From Bilabrum cf. latius (Eukaryota), in the NCBI GenBank assembly GCA_965178125.1, contig OZ237747.1, positions 620,001-684,000 of the forward strand: a DNA stretch of 64,000 nucleotides, given 5' to 3'. Below the pieces are notes generated by a model. It was not told the origin of the DNA. It saw only the letters and a program-made list of their open reading frames with translations, and did not search any database. Positions 12,687 to 23,700 of this stretch are shown here, in pieces (position 1 is the stretch's first letter; every line of letters starts with the position of its first letter). Made by a program: the position numbers and the translations under genes.

Positions 12687-15600
12687 TCACTCAGTATCGG
12701 ATCCGATCCCAGGTATCCTACCATGTGCACCCGTGCCTGCATCCCCTTCGCCCGCGCTGCTTCCGCCGCCTGCCGACAAGTACCCGTCTCCCCCCCTCCA
12801 GCCCCCCAGCCCCATGTTCACTGCATCCCCCCCGTCCTCGCCGGTGTCGCTGAGCTCCTCCCCACTGCTGCTCAGGTAGCCCCCCGGCTGGCTCGCGTGC
12901 CTGCTCCTTCGCCTCCGTGGTGCTCGCAGAGCGCCGCTCCCACCGGGCCCGGGGCCTGTGCCGCTGCTGCCATACCCGCTCCCCGCCCCTCCTCCACCGG
13001 CATCGCTCCCATCTGCTCTGGCCCCTGCGGCGCCCTCCCTGCGACGAGCAATCCGCCTGGGCGTGCCTGCATCTGCAGTGCCAGCCCTGCCGCGTGACAG
13101 GCCTCCGTGCCCTGACTCAGCATCCACCAGGTGGTCCGCCAACCGAGTGACTGGCGCAGCTGTATCCCGTCCGTTTGTAGCGGCCGCTTCCCCAGACAGC
13201 TCTCGGCTGTTCTCTCTCCCATGATCGGACTTGCTGACCGAGCCGAGGCCCGCCCCACCTGCCCTGCCGCCCTCCAGCGCCTCCTCGTCCTCGCCCTCGT
13301 CGTCCTCTTCATCCACAATCCCAAACGAATCGTTCCGGTGTGCCACATGAGCCAGCGCCGCGAGCCTGTCCCTCCTCCAGCGCCGGGCCGCCCGCCAAGC
13401 CACCTCAGAGTGCCCCTGCGAGCCGGGACTCGCGCCCAGGGACCCCTGCTGTAGGGCAGCGTGAGAGGGCTGCGGCGCGCTGGTGGACATGAGCTTATCT
13501 TCACCCTGCTCCTCGTCGACGGACCCAAGGGCTCTGCTGTCGTCTTGTTCAGGCGGAGCGCCCGCGAGCTGCTGCCTTTGCATCTGCGAAAGGGTCCCAT
13601 GGGTCCCATTGAGGGCCCCATTGCCGACCCCAAGCCGATGGCTCCCCATCTGCAGCGATGCTCCGGCTGATTCTCTTCGCCTGGGAACGCCTGGCCCCGC
13701 CCCGTTCGATGAACTCTCGGATCGAGGCCCACCAGAGCCAGATCGCCCTGGCGGTGCTAGCTCGGTGCCGCTGCCTGACCCGTACCCTTGCGTGCGCAGG
13801 AAACGGCTCCCATTCCCCGCATTGCTGCTCACACCCGTCTGGCCTTGAGCGTCAAAGGAATGTTGCACACCGCTGCCAGACTCAGCAGGTGGGGCTGGGG
13901 CAGCCTGTCGAGCAAGCGGAGGACGGCCACCCCGCGGCCTGGTTGCAATGCCGATGGGAGCAGCAGCACCAAAGGACAGAGCAACCGTTGCTGGGTCCTG
14001 CACTGGAACATACTGACCCCGCCCTGCTTCAGGCATATCGTCCCCCGATCCAGCCGTAGGCAGCGAGTCGCCGGTGAGGTCTCTACCGCTCATGAGACTG
14101 AGGCGGCTGTTCTCTGCCGCAGCACTCCCTGTCGATGCGCTGCGGCTAGCGTGTGTAGATGAATCCTTTCGGCTGGCTTTTTCCGTGCCCAGCTCAGTCG
14201 GCGAATCGGGGCCGCCCTCACCTCCGGTCCAGCCGCCGCAACCAGACGCAACCACCAGCAGGGACCAGAGCGCTGCCGCAGGCGCCTGCACGGCCGCGAA
14301 TACAAGCCACGAGAGCCCAAGCGACCACAGCAGTGATCCTGCCCACCGCCTTGCCTAAAGCAGCGCGCTCACCCTGACGTACTACACGCTGTCGTAGGTA
14401 GATGCCATCGCGACAATGGGGAAGACAAACAGAAGTGGGAGAGCAAGCCGTCCGAGCACTGCCCATACCCTCCACCGGGCGATCTACGACAAAGCTCCAC
14501 CGCCGCCGAGTGCGGCACCGATGGCCACAAGCACGATGCCCAGCCCCCACACGGGCCTTGCGGCTGAAATGTACAGGAGCCTTGCGTGCTTGCTCGACCA
14601 CGTTTCACTGAGGTAGTGGCTGTTCGGCGATCCACTCACGATGCGGCTGCTCTCCTGGCCCGCAACAAGGGAATCGTACTACAGAGGATGCACGTTTGCC
14701 TGATCAACCCACTCGTCGTCCGCGTCGTCGTACGGCATCGCACCGTCGTCATCACCCCATGCATGCCCTGGCCGCGGCCGCCACACTGCAAACACGCTGC
14801 CAGCAGCCTACCGCGGCCTGCCTAGCATGGCAATGCCTGCCAGAAGCACGCCTCCAATGAGCATGAGGCCCGTGCCCCAGACACGCGAAAAGTAAGGCGC
14901 GAGGCCGGGCCGGGCTGTGCGAAGGGGCAGTGGCGCAGGGCAGGCCGCGCCAAAGCAGCAGGAGCACCGACCGTGCGGAAGCCAGCTCTCATCGTCGCAC
15001 GAGGCGTCATCGTGCGCTCCAACGTCGACCGGCGTGAGTCCCAACCTCTGCAGCACTGCATTGAGTTTTGAGCCGGGCCGCTCCGCCTTCATTCGAAGCC
15101 TTTCGAGCCTCCTTGCGTGGGCATCCGAGTGCATGGCAGGTGCGGGCTCCCCGTTCTGATGCCTTGCATTGATGCTGTCAATAGAACCCCGATGATGGTA
15201 GTCTGCGGTCTCGCCGGCTCCATCCGCCAGCGTGGAGCCACGGAGGGCCCTCACATCAGTGCCCCCGAGCTCACCGTCGCGAGGCAGCAGCGCAACGAGG
15301 AGATCCTCCGACTGCTGCGAGCTCTCGGAGCTCAGGGAGTGCGACCTTGATGTCAAGTCACGCTCCGTTCGACTTCCGAATAGCCCGAAGCAGCAGGTCG
15401 ATAGGAAGCTAGCACAGTCGCAGAAGGAACTAGGGCTGCACTGACCACCGCGCGACCGACCGTGTTTCTCGGCGTCGCTGTCATCATCTCCGCACTGATG
15501 TTGGGTGCCCGGCACCCCGAGGATCCCGCACGAACACATGTCTAGAGCTACTAGGTAGCAGTCGGCTGCATTTGCCTGGGAGTTTGCAGAATCTTCGTGG

Positions 15601-18600
15601 TCGCTCGGTGACACGCTCTCTCGCGTCGCAGCGGGGCGGGCCCTTTGTGAGATGCTACGGGATTGGCCTGCAGAAAGCCCGCCGCCCGCTTTCTCGTCTG
15701 CATGGGACGGGGTGGCTACCGGACTGTGGCCGCCCACGTCGTCTGCCGCCATGGCAGAGTCACCGACAACTAGCTGCGAGAGGCCTCGAGCTGCTCTCGA
15801 TGGCTCCATCGTGCCCCGCACGCGCCACGCCCACCGCCCATCCACACCGACGTCCCAGAGGGTCACGCCGATCAGTGCGATGAGAACGGTGGGCAACCTG
15901 GTCCATGGGGCCAGCTAAAACAGCCGCACGTACAGAGACGACGCCCCCGACCCGTCGTGCCCCTCACCCTGGGGCCCCTCCCCCCACGATACGGTTGGTC
16001 CCCACCGCAGACTGTGGGTGGACACGATCGCGACTGACACCACCATGGCGGTGATAAACTGCAGCACAAGCACAAGCACGGCCACACGGCGGCTCCCGAT
16101 CATTGGCAGAATCAGAGCTAGGGGCAGGCACAGAGCAACCAGCTGCATTTCGACGGCTGCGTACCCACCAGAGTACGGAAGGCACTGGTGACTCGCACGC
16201 CCAAACACTGGCATTATATTCGCCAGCCCTGCCAACCCAGGCAGGCCCCACTCGATGCACGTATTGGCGTGGAAGTTCCAAATCTTCCAGTTCGGCCCGA
16301 TGGGGACCAGCGACGGCATCACAAAAGCAACAAAGGAGGCAGCCACAGCGCCAAGGACCCACACCTGGAGCGCCTTACGAGAGCAAACGCAAAGTCCCAG
16401 CTGCCACTTGACCGCCCCGCGACGGATCACCTCGAGCGAAGAAATGCCGGCAAGCGCAGCTGACGTTGCCAGCATTCCCTCCGTGCCGAAATCGGCGGCA
16501 GCTAGCAGAGGCTGCATGGCGGGAGTCGCTAGATCTGAGGCAAGCTGCACCGCGTTAGCGAGGCCTACCTGCCTAGCAAGCTGCAGCGACACGCCGACGG
16601 TAAATGCGATCGCTGACAGCCCTCGCAGGCAAAGCAGAGGCTGCACGAGCGGAGACTCATGCATGTCGCTGCTCTAATCCTAAGACGGCGACAGCGCCAA
16701 ACTCGCCAAGTTGCCTGCAATGCCCTTGTCAAGCAGGCCGCTGCCCGGAATCCCGCTCGCCGCCGCGACAGTCGTGCCCGGGCTACACCCGGCCATCCGC
16801 GCGGCATTCTGACAGGAAAACGCACTCACCACAAGCTCGCACACACCGCAGGGCTACCGTGTAACCAGGCCGCAGAGATAGGTCACTCTGGCTGCGTTGG
16901 ATGCAGATGGGCCGGCGGGCGGATGATTGGCCTGCGAGATTTCCCCGGCACTGGTGTCGGCAGTAGGTGGGGATTCGGAGGAGCCGACGAAACCAAGGGC
17001 TGCAGCTGAGCCGACCGGAGCTGGGGCCACATGGGCTGCAGCCCTGGCCCATGCCGCTCTGGCATTAGCACACTCCAATGCGAGCCTGGGCGCATCGCGT
17101 ACATCGCCGTTCGTCAATGACGCAAAGGATCTTGCCGCTTCACAAGGAGCCTCTTCCCCGCCTTGCACCAATCCTGCGACGAGCAGAGCCTCGCTAGCAG
17201 CTGTGTACGCCGCCTGGGCCGCTACCTCTCTCACGGACGCTTGAGTGCGCCGGAGGCTAAGCGTGGACAAGACGAGAGCCTCTTGCACAGACTTGCTGGA
17301 AGCCAGCCTGCCTATCCTTGAGGACGCTAGGGTCCCTCTGGCCACGCTGCCACCGCTGCTCTCGGCACTGTCGCTCTAGGCTCCATTCGCGGTTGCAGTG
17401 CCCGGGCTGGGGCCAAGGCCATGCACGTGCCTTGTGTGCGGTGCACGAATACGAAGGCCGACAGAAGGCACAGAACTGCCAACGCCATCACTAGCAGGCA
17501 TGCCCAGCCTTCTGCTTGATTCGACACGCACTTGGTGTGTCTTGCCTTGGGAACCGAAGCCACCCACTGTCCCGGGCCGTGGCACCGACACGCTCGCTGC
17601 CGCATCAGCCGCGGACACTCCGCCCACCAGCACTCGTACTGCTCCCTCCAATCGTCGCACCTTCTTGCGGAGGAGCTCCTCCGCCGACCGCCGGCTTGAC
17701 AGCCGTGCAGCCACCACAACTGTGCCGGCAAAGCACAGCACAATGCATACTCCCAGTCCGGTCAACGCAGCCTGTGCCCAGCGCAGCCTCTCCTGCTCGT
17801 GGGGGCCCCTGTCGGGCCCTGTCACGCAGGAGGCCGTCACACCCTCAGCTTCCTGAGTGATGACAAGCAAGGTCGGGATCGTCTCCACCAGCCAGAGTCC
17901 CCAGAGGCCGTTCTGCACGTTTCGGATGGAGCGGGTGCTGCCGCATGCCATTGGCATGCACACTCCAAATGTGACTCCCTGCACCTCAAGCACACAGTAC
18001 GCCGTATCCATGCTGACATTGAGAGTCGCTCGGTATTCCTGGTTTACGCAGCGGTCGTAGTTGCCCAGATCGAACGTGGTCCGGCCGGTGCTGTCTGTCA
18101 GCAAAAACGAGCCGACTGGATCCGCAAAAACATCAGGCGGCTTGCATGTATCCTCAGGTGGCGTTGGCGAGGGTGAAACCGCAGCAAGCCCAGCACTCTC
18201 CTGGCCGGCGCCTCGGAGCGTGGCGCTTGGCTCTTGCCGCTGGCGACCAACTCCGTCACCAACAACCGCCGGTGCAACTCGAGACTCTGAGAGATGCACA
18301 CTTTGTTTCGTTCTTATTTTCTGTGCACGTTGCCAAAACATCATCAGTTCCTGCTGTGAACTCGATGCTGACGCAAGAAGCTCTCGGGCTTGATTGCTCA
18401 CAGCAAGCCAAGCTTGCCCAACCTCAGTTTGGTTGGAAGCAAACGCCCTACGCTAGGCATCATCGGACTATTTCTATGCTATCCTTATGGTAGATTTTGA
18501 AGCCATCCAAGCTCGCATGCTAGCAGCATACAGCAATGGTGAGCTCGAGGTTTCGGCCTACACCGTTCCCCCTAAAATAAGGGAGCAAACAAGGATTGCG

Positions 18601-18638
18601 AGCGCGTAAACGCACGACACATGTAAACGTACTCCCAT
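12687..18638 (-). CDS. NRF (nose-resistant-to-fluoxetine) domain / acyltransferase-3-like membrane protein, ~1,983 aa, intronless, 14 in-frame TAG
   Basis: Signal peptide MGVRLHVSCVYALAILVCSLILGGTV*A-ETSS; NRF-like 'DLGNYDRC...YCVL...GVCMPMAC'; 'LF*LAPWTRLP'; C-terminal 'YISAARPVWGLG...GGG...LGRL...VQAP'. ORFs 17376-18401, 16854-17345, 15915-16664, 14808-15896 and 12687-14291 share one frame; ends TGA. Confidence 0.75.
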
Positions 18639-18800
18639 AAGTACGATAAAGACACGATCTACCGCTAAATTTTCGGCAAAACCGGCCCTGACTTGAATCT
18701 ATCGACAAACCAGGCAAACTAATTATAAGGTGTAGTTTTGCCCATTCCGTATTTCCGGAGTGCAACCCGTTGATCCAAAACATCAAATTTCCGATATAGC

Positions 18801-19615
18801 ATGGCTGGTGTAGGCAGTGAAGCAGGTAGTAAAGTGCCACAAGCACTAGTAGCCGCTTTAGAGAAAGCCTCGTCTGATGTTGATAGTTTTGTTGCGAAGC
18901 AGAGATAGCAAATCGATCGAGCAGTTGCAGCTGCGTCGTCTCGCTTAACCGCTTTGGAGGACGAAGTGGCACGATTACGACAGGATGGGGCCGGGGTTGG
19001 TGCTAAAGCAGAAGCAATTGCAAAGCGTGAGCGTTCCTTACGTGTCGATGCCTCGGATGGTCGCGAAGATGTTTAGTACACGCTTCGTCAATCCCTTTGA
19101 ATGTCATGGTCGCAGAAATCAAGGAGCGACGACAAGAGTTGGAACAATTGAAACAATAGCAGGAAGAGCTAGCAAGGTCGGTCGCAGCTGCTCCAGCGGA
19201 TCGCGAAGCCGCGATGCGAGAGGCAGACTCTGCTGCGGCGGACCTGGAGGCGAGCAAGGCAGCTGATGCTAGATCAGAGCGAGACGGTAGCTATACAGTT
19301 GCCCAGCTCACGAGAGGTTTGGAGGCGTTCGCTCCATTGGGTCTGCAGTTTGAGCCGATGGAAGGCGGCAAGCTGCGGATGATGGTGAGCAAGTGCGACC
19401 CGAAGGACCCACGGCGAGCACTGACCTTCTGGGTGTCGGTCGATGCGACCGAGAAATACGACGCAGGTGGGGCATCGCCCCCCATGCCAGCCCTTAACGA
19501 ATTCTTGGAAGAGCTGAACGCCACATAGGACTTCTCGAGGTTCGTGCAGAAGGTTCGGGCCGAGTTCCGAAGGATGTGTGAAGGGGCTCGGGCAGGGGGG
19601 GGAGGTGGCTCGTAA
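18801..19615 (+). CDS. SPC25: Kinetochore Ndc80-complex subunit Spc25
   Basis: Coiled coil followed by 'LGLQF...CDPKDPRRALTFWV...PPMPALNEFLEELNAT*DFSRFVQKVRAEF'. Intron 19027-19115 (GTGAG...CGCAG). TAG at 18906, 19157 (KQ*QEE) and 19526; ends TAA 19613-19615. Confidence 0.8.
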
Positions 19616-19692
19616 GCCTGCACTGCACTGCTGCACGGAGTCTATCAATTATTTGTACGCATCCTCTCAGTATATCATGTATCAAGCGTGCA

Positions 19693-19830
19693 AACGACTG
19701 CCTCAAGATCCCAGCGTTGCCTTCGCTTCGTCACGGCTAACGACTGCCTCAAGATCCCAGCGTTGCCTTCGCTTCGTCACGGCTAACGACTGCCTCAAGA
19801 TCCCAGCGTTGCTTTCGCTTCGTCACGGCT
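19693..19830. repeat. Three tandem copies of a 46-bp unit
   Basis: (AA)CGACTGCCTCAAGATCCCAGCGTTGCCTTCGCTTCGTCACGGCT starting at 19695, 19741 and 19787, with no spacers. Confidence 0.95.
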
Positions 19831-20646
19831 GGCAGGCAGCCCATCACCTGGCTGTGGCTGCGCAACCATCTCGCGCACCATCGCCAAGGCCTCTTCTCTG
19901 GGGACCCCGGTGTCCACGAGCAAATCGACTTGCTCCTTCTCTTCAGCGGTGAGGACTAAAGCACCATCAGCGCCATCGTCTGCGCGAGCTTTCTTGTGAG
20001 GGGGCTCCTCGCTGGCTGCCGCTGCTGTTGATGTTGCCACCCTGTCTGGGGTGCTAGGAGACGCTTCCCCCGCGCCAGTGCTGCTGCTACTGCTGCCAGT
20101 ACTGCTGGAGGTCTTGGTGCCATTGCCTAGCAGGAAATCGTACGATTCCTCTTCTTCTTGTTTGTCAGCATCGCCCTCGGAACGCGGGCGCTTGCTTCCA
20201 GCAATTGCCGAGGCCGGCAGACTCGGCCCACAGCTCGAACCAGCTCCCGAGGCAGGTCCGAGCTCAAGTTTCTCCTCTTTTGCAACAATTGAGGCTGCTT
20301 TTTGCCTAAGCTTTCTGCGCATCCGCTTCGCTCTTCGCTTCTCTGCGGCTGCTTCGAGACGCTGCGCCTCGCTCATTTTCTTTTCAGTCCACTCTTTGTC
20401 CTGCGCTGCCTCCTTCTGCTTGCGCTCTACGGCATCGAGTCTTTCTTGCTCGATGCGCTTGTCAATACGATACCGATGAAACGTCGTGGAAGAGGCTCCA
20501 GCGGTGCTGCCAGGGTTCTCGCGAAGTTTCGGGGCAGCCACACCATACCCGGCAGACTTTCCGGCCGCCTTTGCATCGGAGTGCGCAACTTTGGCAAGTC
20601 TTGGATTCGTATCAGAGTAAGTCTACACAGATGTATATCTTCCCAT
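19795..20646 (-). CDS. PRKRIP1: PRKR-interacting protein 1 (DUF1168) homologue
   Basis: 'NPGSTAGASSTTFHRYRIDKRIEQERL' matches the GSSAGAGSGEFHVYR-type motif. ATG at 20646 gives MGRYTSV*TYSD, with TAG at 20623-20625 in frame; ends TGA. Confidence 0.8.
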
Positions 20647-20767
20647 GGCTGTGAAGCCAAAAAATGTCCGGGCTCGCCCGGGCAGGCATTGTCGGTTCCG
20701 CAGTTGCCACAAGTGCGCGGCGCCTCGATTTGCGAGCCGTTGGCAGTATTATCGTTCCTTTCGAAAA

Positions 20768-23700
20768 ATGAGCGACGGAAAAGAGCAAGTAGCCACCGAG
20801 CCTATGTCTGAAGCCAAGGATAGGATCGCAGTATGCCTGCGGATGCGTCCGATGAACTCATCCGAGAGGCGACGAGGATGCCACGACTCGTGGAGGCCAC
20901 ACCCGGATGCGCCTTTGCAAGCCGTGGAGCACGTTGGTCAAGACGGAAGCGCCATCAAAGGAGAAAAGTCGTATGCATTTGGTTAGTTGTTACGCGCCTT
21001 ACTGCCGCACAATGCTCACGAGTGTTGATGCCATGCTGTCTTTCACGTTCCAGCTCCACTCTGAACGCAGACCGCGTGTTTGGCCAGAAATCAGACACTA
21101 ACTCTGTGTACGAATACTCTGGCAAGCCTCTTGTGCAGTCTGTACTTCAAGGATTTAACGGAACAGTCTTCTGCTACGGACAAACTGCCGCCGGCAAGAC
21201 GTACACAATGACTGGAGACGAGGCGTCCCCGGGTTTCCTGCCTCTGGCCCTGAGGCAGCTGTTCGACACGATTCTTGGACCTGAAGGTGAAGATCGTGAG
21301 TGGTTGGTCCGCGTTGGCATGGTCGAGGTGTACTGCGAGGAGGTGCGCGACCTGCTGGAGGACGGGTGCCCGGAGGTGCGGGTGCGGGAGGACAGGAAGA
21401 GGGGCGTGTACGTGGAGGGCAGAGAGGACTGCGTCACGATGGAGGAGGAAGCGCTGGAAATCGTGGGGAAGGGCCAGGCGCGCCGTGCCGTAGGCTCAAC
21501 GGACATGAACGCGAGGTCCTCCCGCAGCCACACCATCATCCGCATCGTGGTGGAGAGCAGGCCCAAGGAGGACGCGGCCGCAGAGGGAAGCTCCGTGGAA
21601 GTGGTCACTGAAAAGGCATCGACCACGTCGGAGACGAGTACGCCCGCCTCATCTAAGGGCAGCCCAACCTCTGCCTCTGCCTCTGCTACTGCAGCCGCGG
21701 GCGACGAGGACGACGAGGACGACGACATCGAGTTCAAGCCCTCGAAGCGGCGCAGGAAGCGGAAGGGCAGGGAGGCAGGGCCACCAAAGGACGCCGCCTC
21801 ACCCACTCCGTCTTCCGCCCGGCTCAGCGCGCTCAAGCCAGGAGCGGGTGACAGGGTCGGCGTCCTGTCACTTGTTGACCTAGCAGGGTCTGAGAGCGCG
21901 AGATACACGGGCGCCACGGGGCAGCGGCTGCGAGAGGCCGGCAACATCAACAAGAGCCTCCTGGCCCTGTCTCGGTGCATCAAGGAGCTGGCTAGGCAAA
22001 ACTAGCACCAGCACCAGAAGGAGGGACAGGAAGCGAAAGGCGGTACATCGTCGTCGGAGGACGGCGGGGCAGCGGCTCCTGCGCCTGCTCCCACAAGCCT
22101 CGGGGCTCACGTGAACTTCCGCGACTCGAAGCTGACCCGAATCTTGCAGCCTTCTCTGGCAGGATCCTGCCGCACGGCCGTGGTGTGCTGCGTGTCTCCG
22201 GCAAGCGCGTTCTTGGAAGAGACGAGGAGCACCCTCCAGTTCGCGCAGAGCGCAAAGGCCGTGAGGATCGTGGCGAAGAGGAACGACGCTGCCAACGGGG
22301 CGGGTGCCGCGCTCCGCCGCATGCGCGCAGAGATCGAGAGGCTTAAGGAGCTGCTGGCAGCAGCCAACAAGCAGCAAGCAGACGCAGCAGCTCGCGCGGA
22401 AATGACCCTGTCGGCTAGCACGAGGGTCAAGAGCGGCAAGCCGAGCAGGGAGAGGGGCGCAGAGGGCGGGTCTGGGACCGACGGAGACACCACGGACGAA
22501 GACGACGAGGAGCATACGGGAGAATTCAACGGCGAGGGCCTGGAAGGCATACTCAAGGCCCAGCAGGAGGCCCAGGCCGCGGCTGGTGACGCCGCTGCTC
22601 GCCTCGCTGCCCTCAGGCAATCCATCCTGGTGGGGGGCCGCAGACCGGTACCTCGTGCCACGGCCTCCTCCATCGCCAGGCGAGCTTCCATGGCTGCCTC
22701 TGCGGCAGCGCGAAGGCGCCGGAGTTCCGTCGGGATAGGCGGCGGCGGGCACGGCGCCCTGGCCGCGTCGTGCGGTCCAGGCACGACAGGTCGGACAGCC
22801 GGGCTGGGGGCCAGCCTGGGCCCATCCCCTGTTGCCGGAGGTTTGAAGGATGGGGCTATGGACAGCGTGGAGGCCGCATTGGAGGAGGCTGCCGAGGGCG
22901 GGGACATCGTTGACGTTGAGGAGGATGGTGCTGCGGATGCTGGCGACATCGCCATCGATGAGGAGATGGGCGGGCCAGGTGGCCTTGACGTTGGCCTGGA
23001 CGATGAAATGGGCGAGTTTGGACCCGTGTCTGCCCTGGGGGCGCATGGCAGGGTCTCCTTCGGTGCCGGTCTTCGGCTCCAGCTGCACCTCCCTACAGAC
23101 ATCGAAGGCGCCCTCTCCGCGGCCGTGGCTGCCGGGGTCGGATCCCGAGCCGGATACTCTCACGAAGCTCCTGTTGGTGCCGGGTCGTCCTCCCTGCCGG
23201 GCCTCACGGATGCCTCTGCTCGCCTCAAGACGGCGCAGGGATCAGTGAGGCACGGCGCCCTGGGGCGAGGCCGGAGGCACAGGGAGACCTTCTGCCCTTC
23301 TCTGCTAGGGGGCGGCGTGGGCTCGCTCCTGCCTGCCGTCGGTGAGGTGGACGAGTCGGCAGCGGTGGCCAAGGCGGGCAGCGTGGGAGGCCGCAGCGTG
23401 AACGGGGGTCGGTACAGCCGGGGCTCAAGGGCCTCTTCTGCCGCATCAACCCCGAGGGGAGGCGGCAGCGCCGCCCGCAAGAGCACCGGAAGCAGCAGGT
23501 CTTCCATCGGGGTCGGCAAGGGAAGAGGCACGCCCTCGTCTGCTGCGAGCCGTCCCCGTGCGCTGCTGCCACCCTCGGAGCTTGCAGCCGCGGAGCTTGA
23601 AGCCACCTCGGCAGCAACCGACGAGCTTCGTGCCCAGCTGGCGGGAGCAGTCGCGGAGAAAGAGTCCGCCATGCGCAGAGCAGAAGAGGCCGAGGCGGCA

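Larger units (their letters stand above)
5790..13495. repeat. Tandem segmental duplication, ~4 kb period (ankyrin gene + spacer + 3' end of the acyltransferase gene)
   Basis: Homologous landmarks at 6030/10017, 8205/12189 and 8666/12687; 5790-5940 matches 9760-9900. Confidence 0.9.

Noticed and set aside
19693-19830. CRISPR array
   Set aside because: The repeats are contiguous with no spacers, there are no cas genes, and the context is eukaryotic. The ankyrin 198-nt units are likewise coding repeats.
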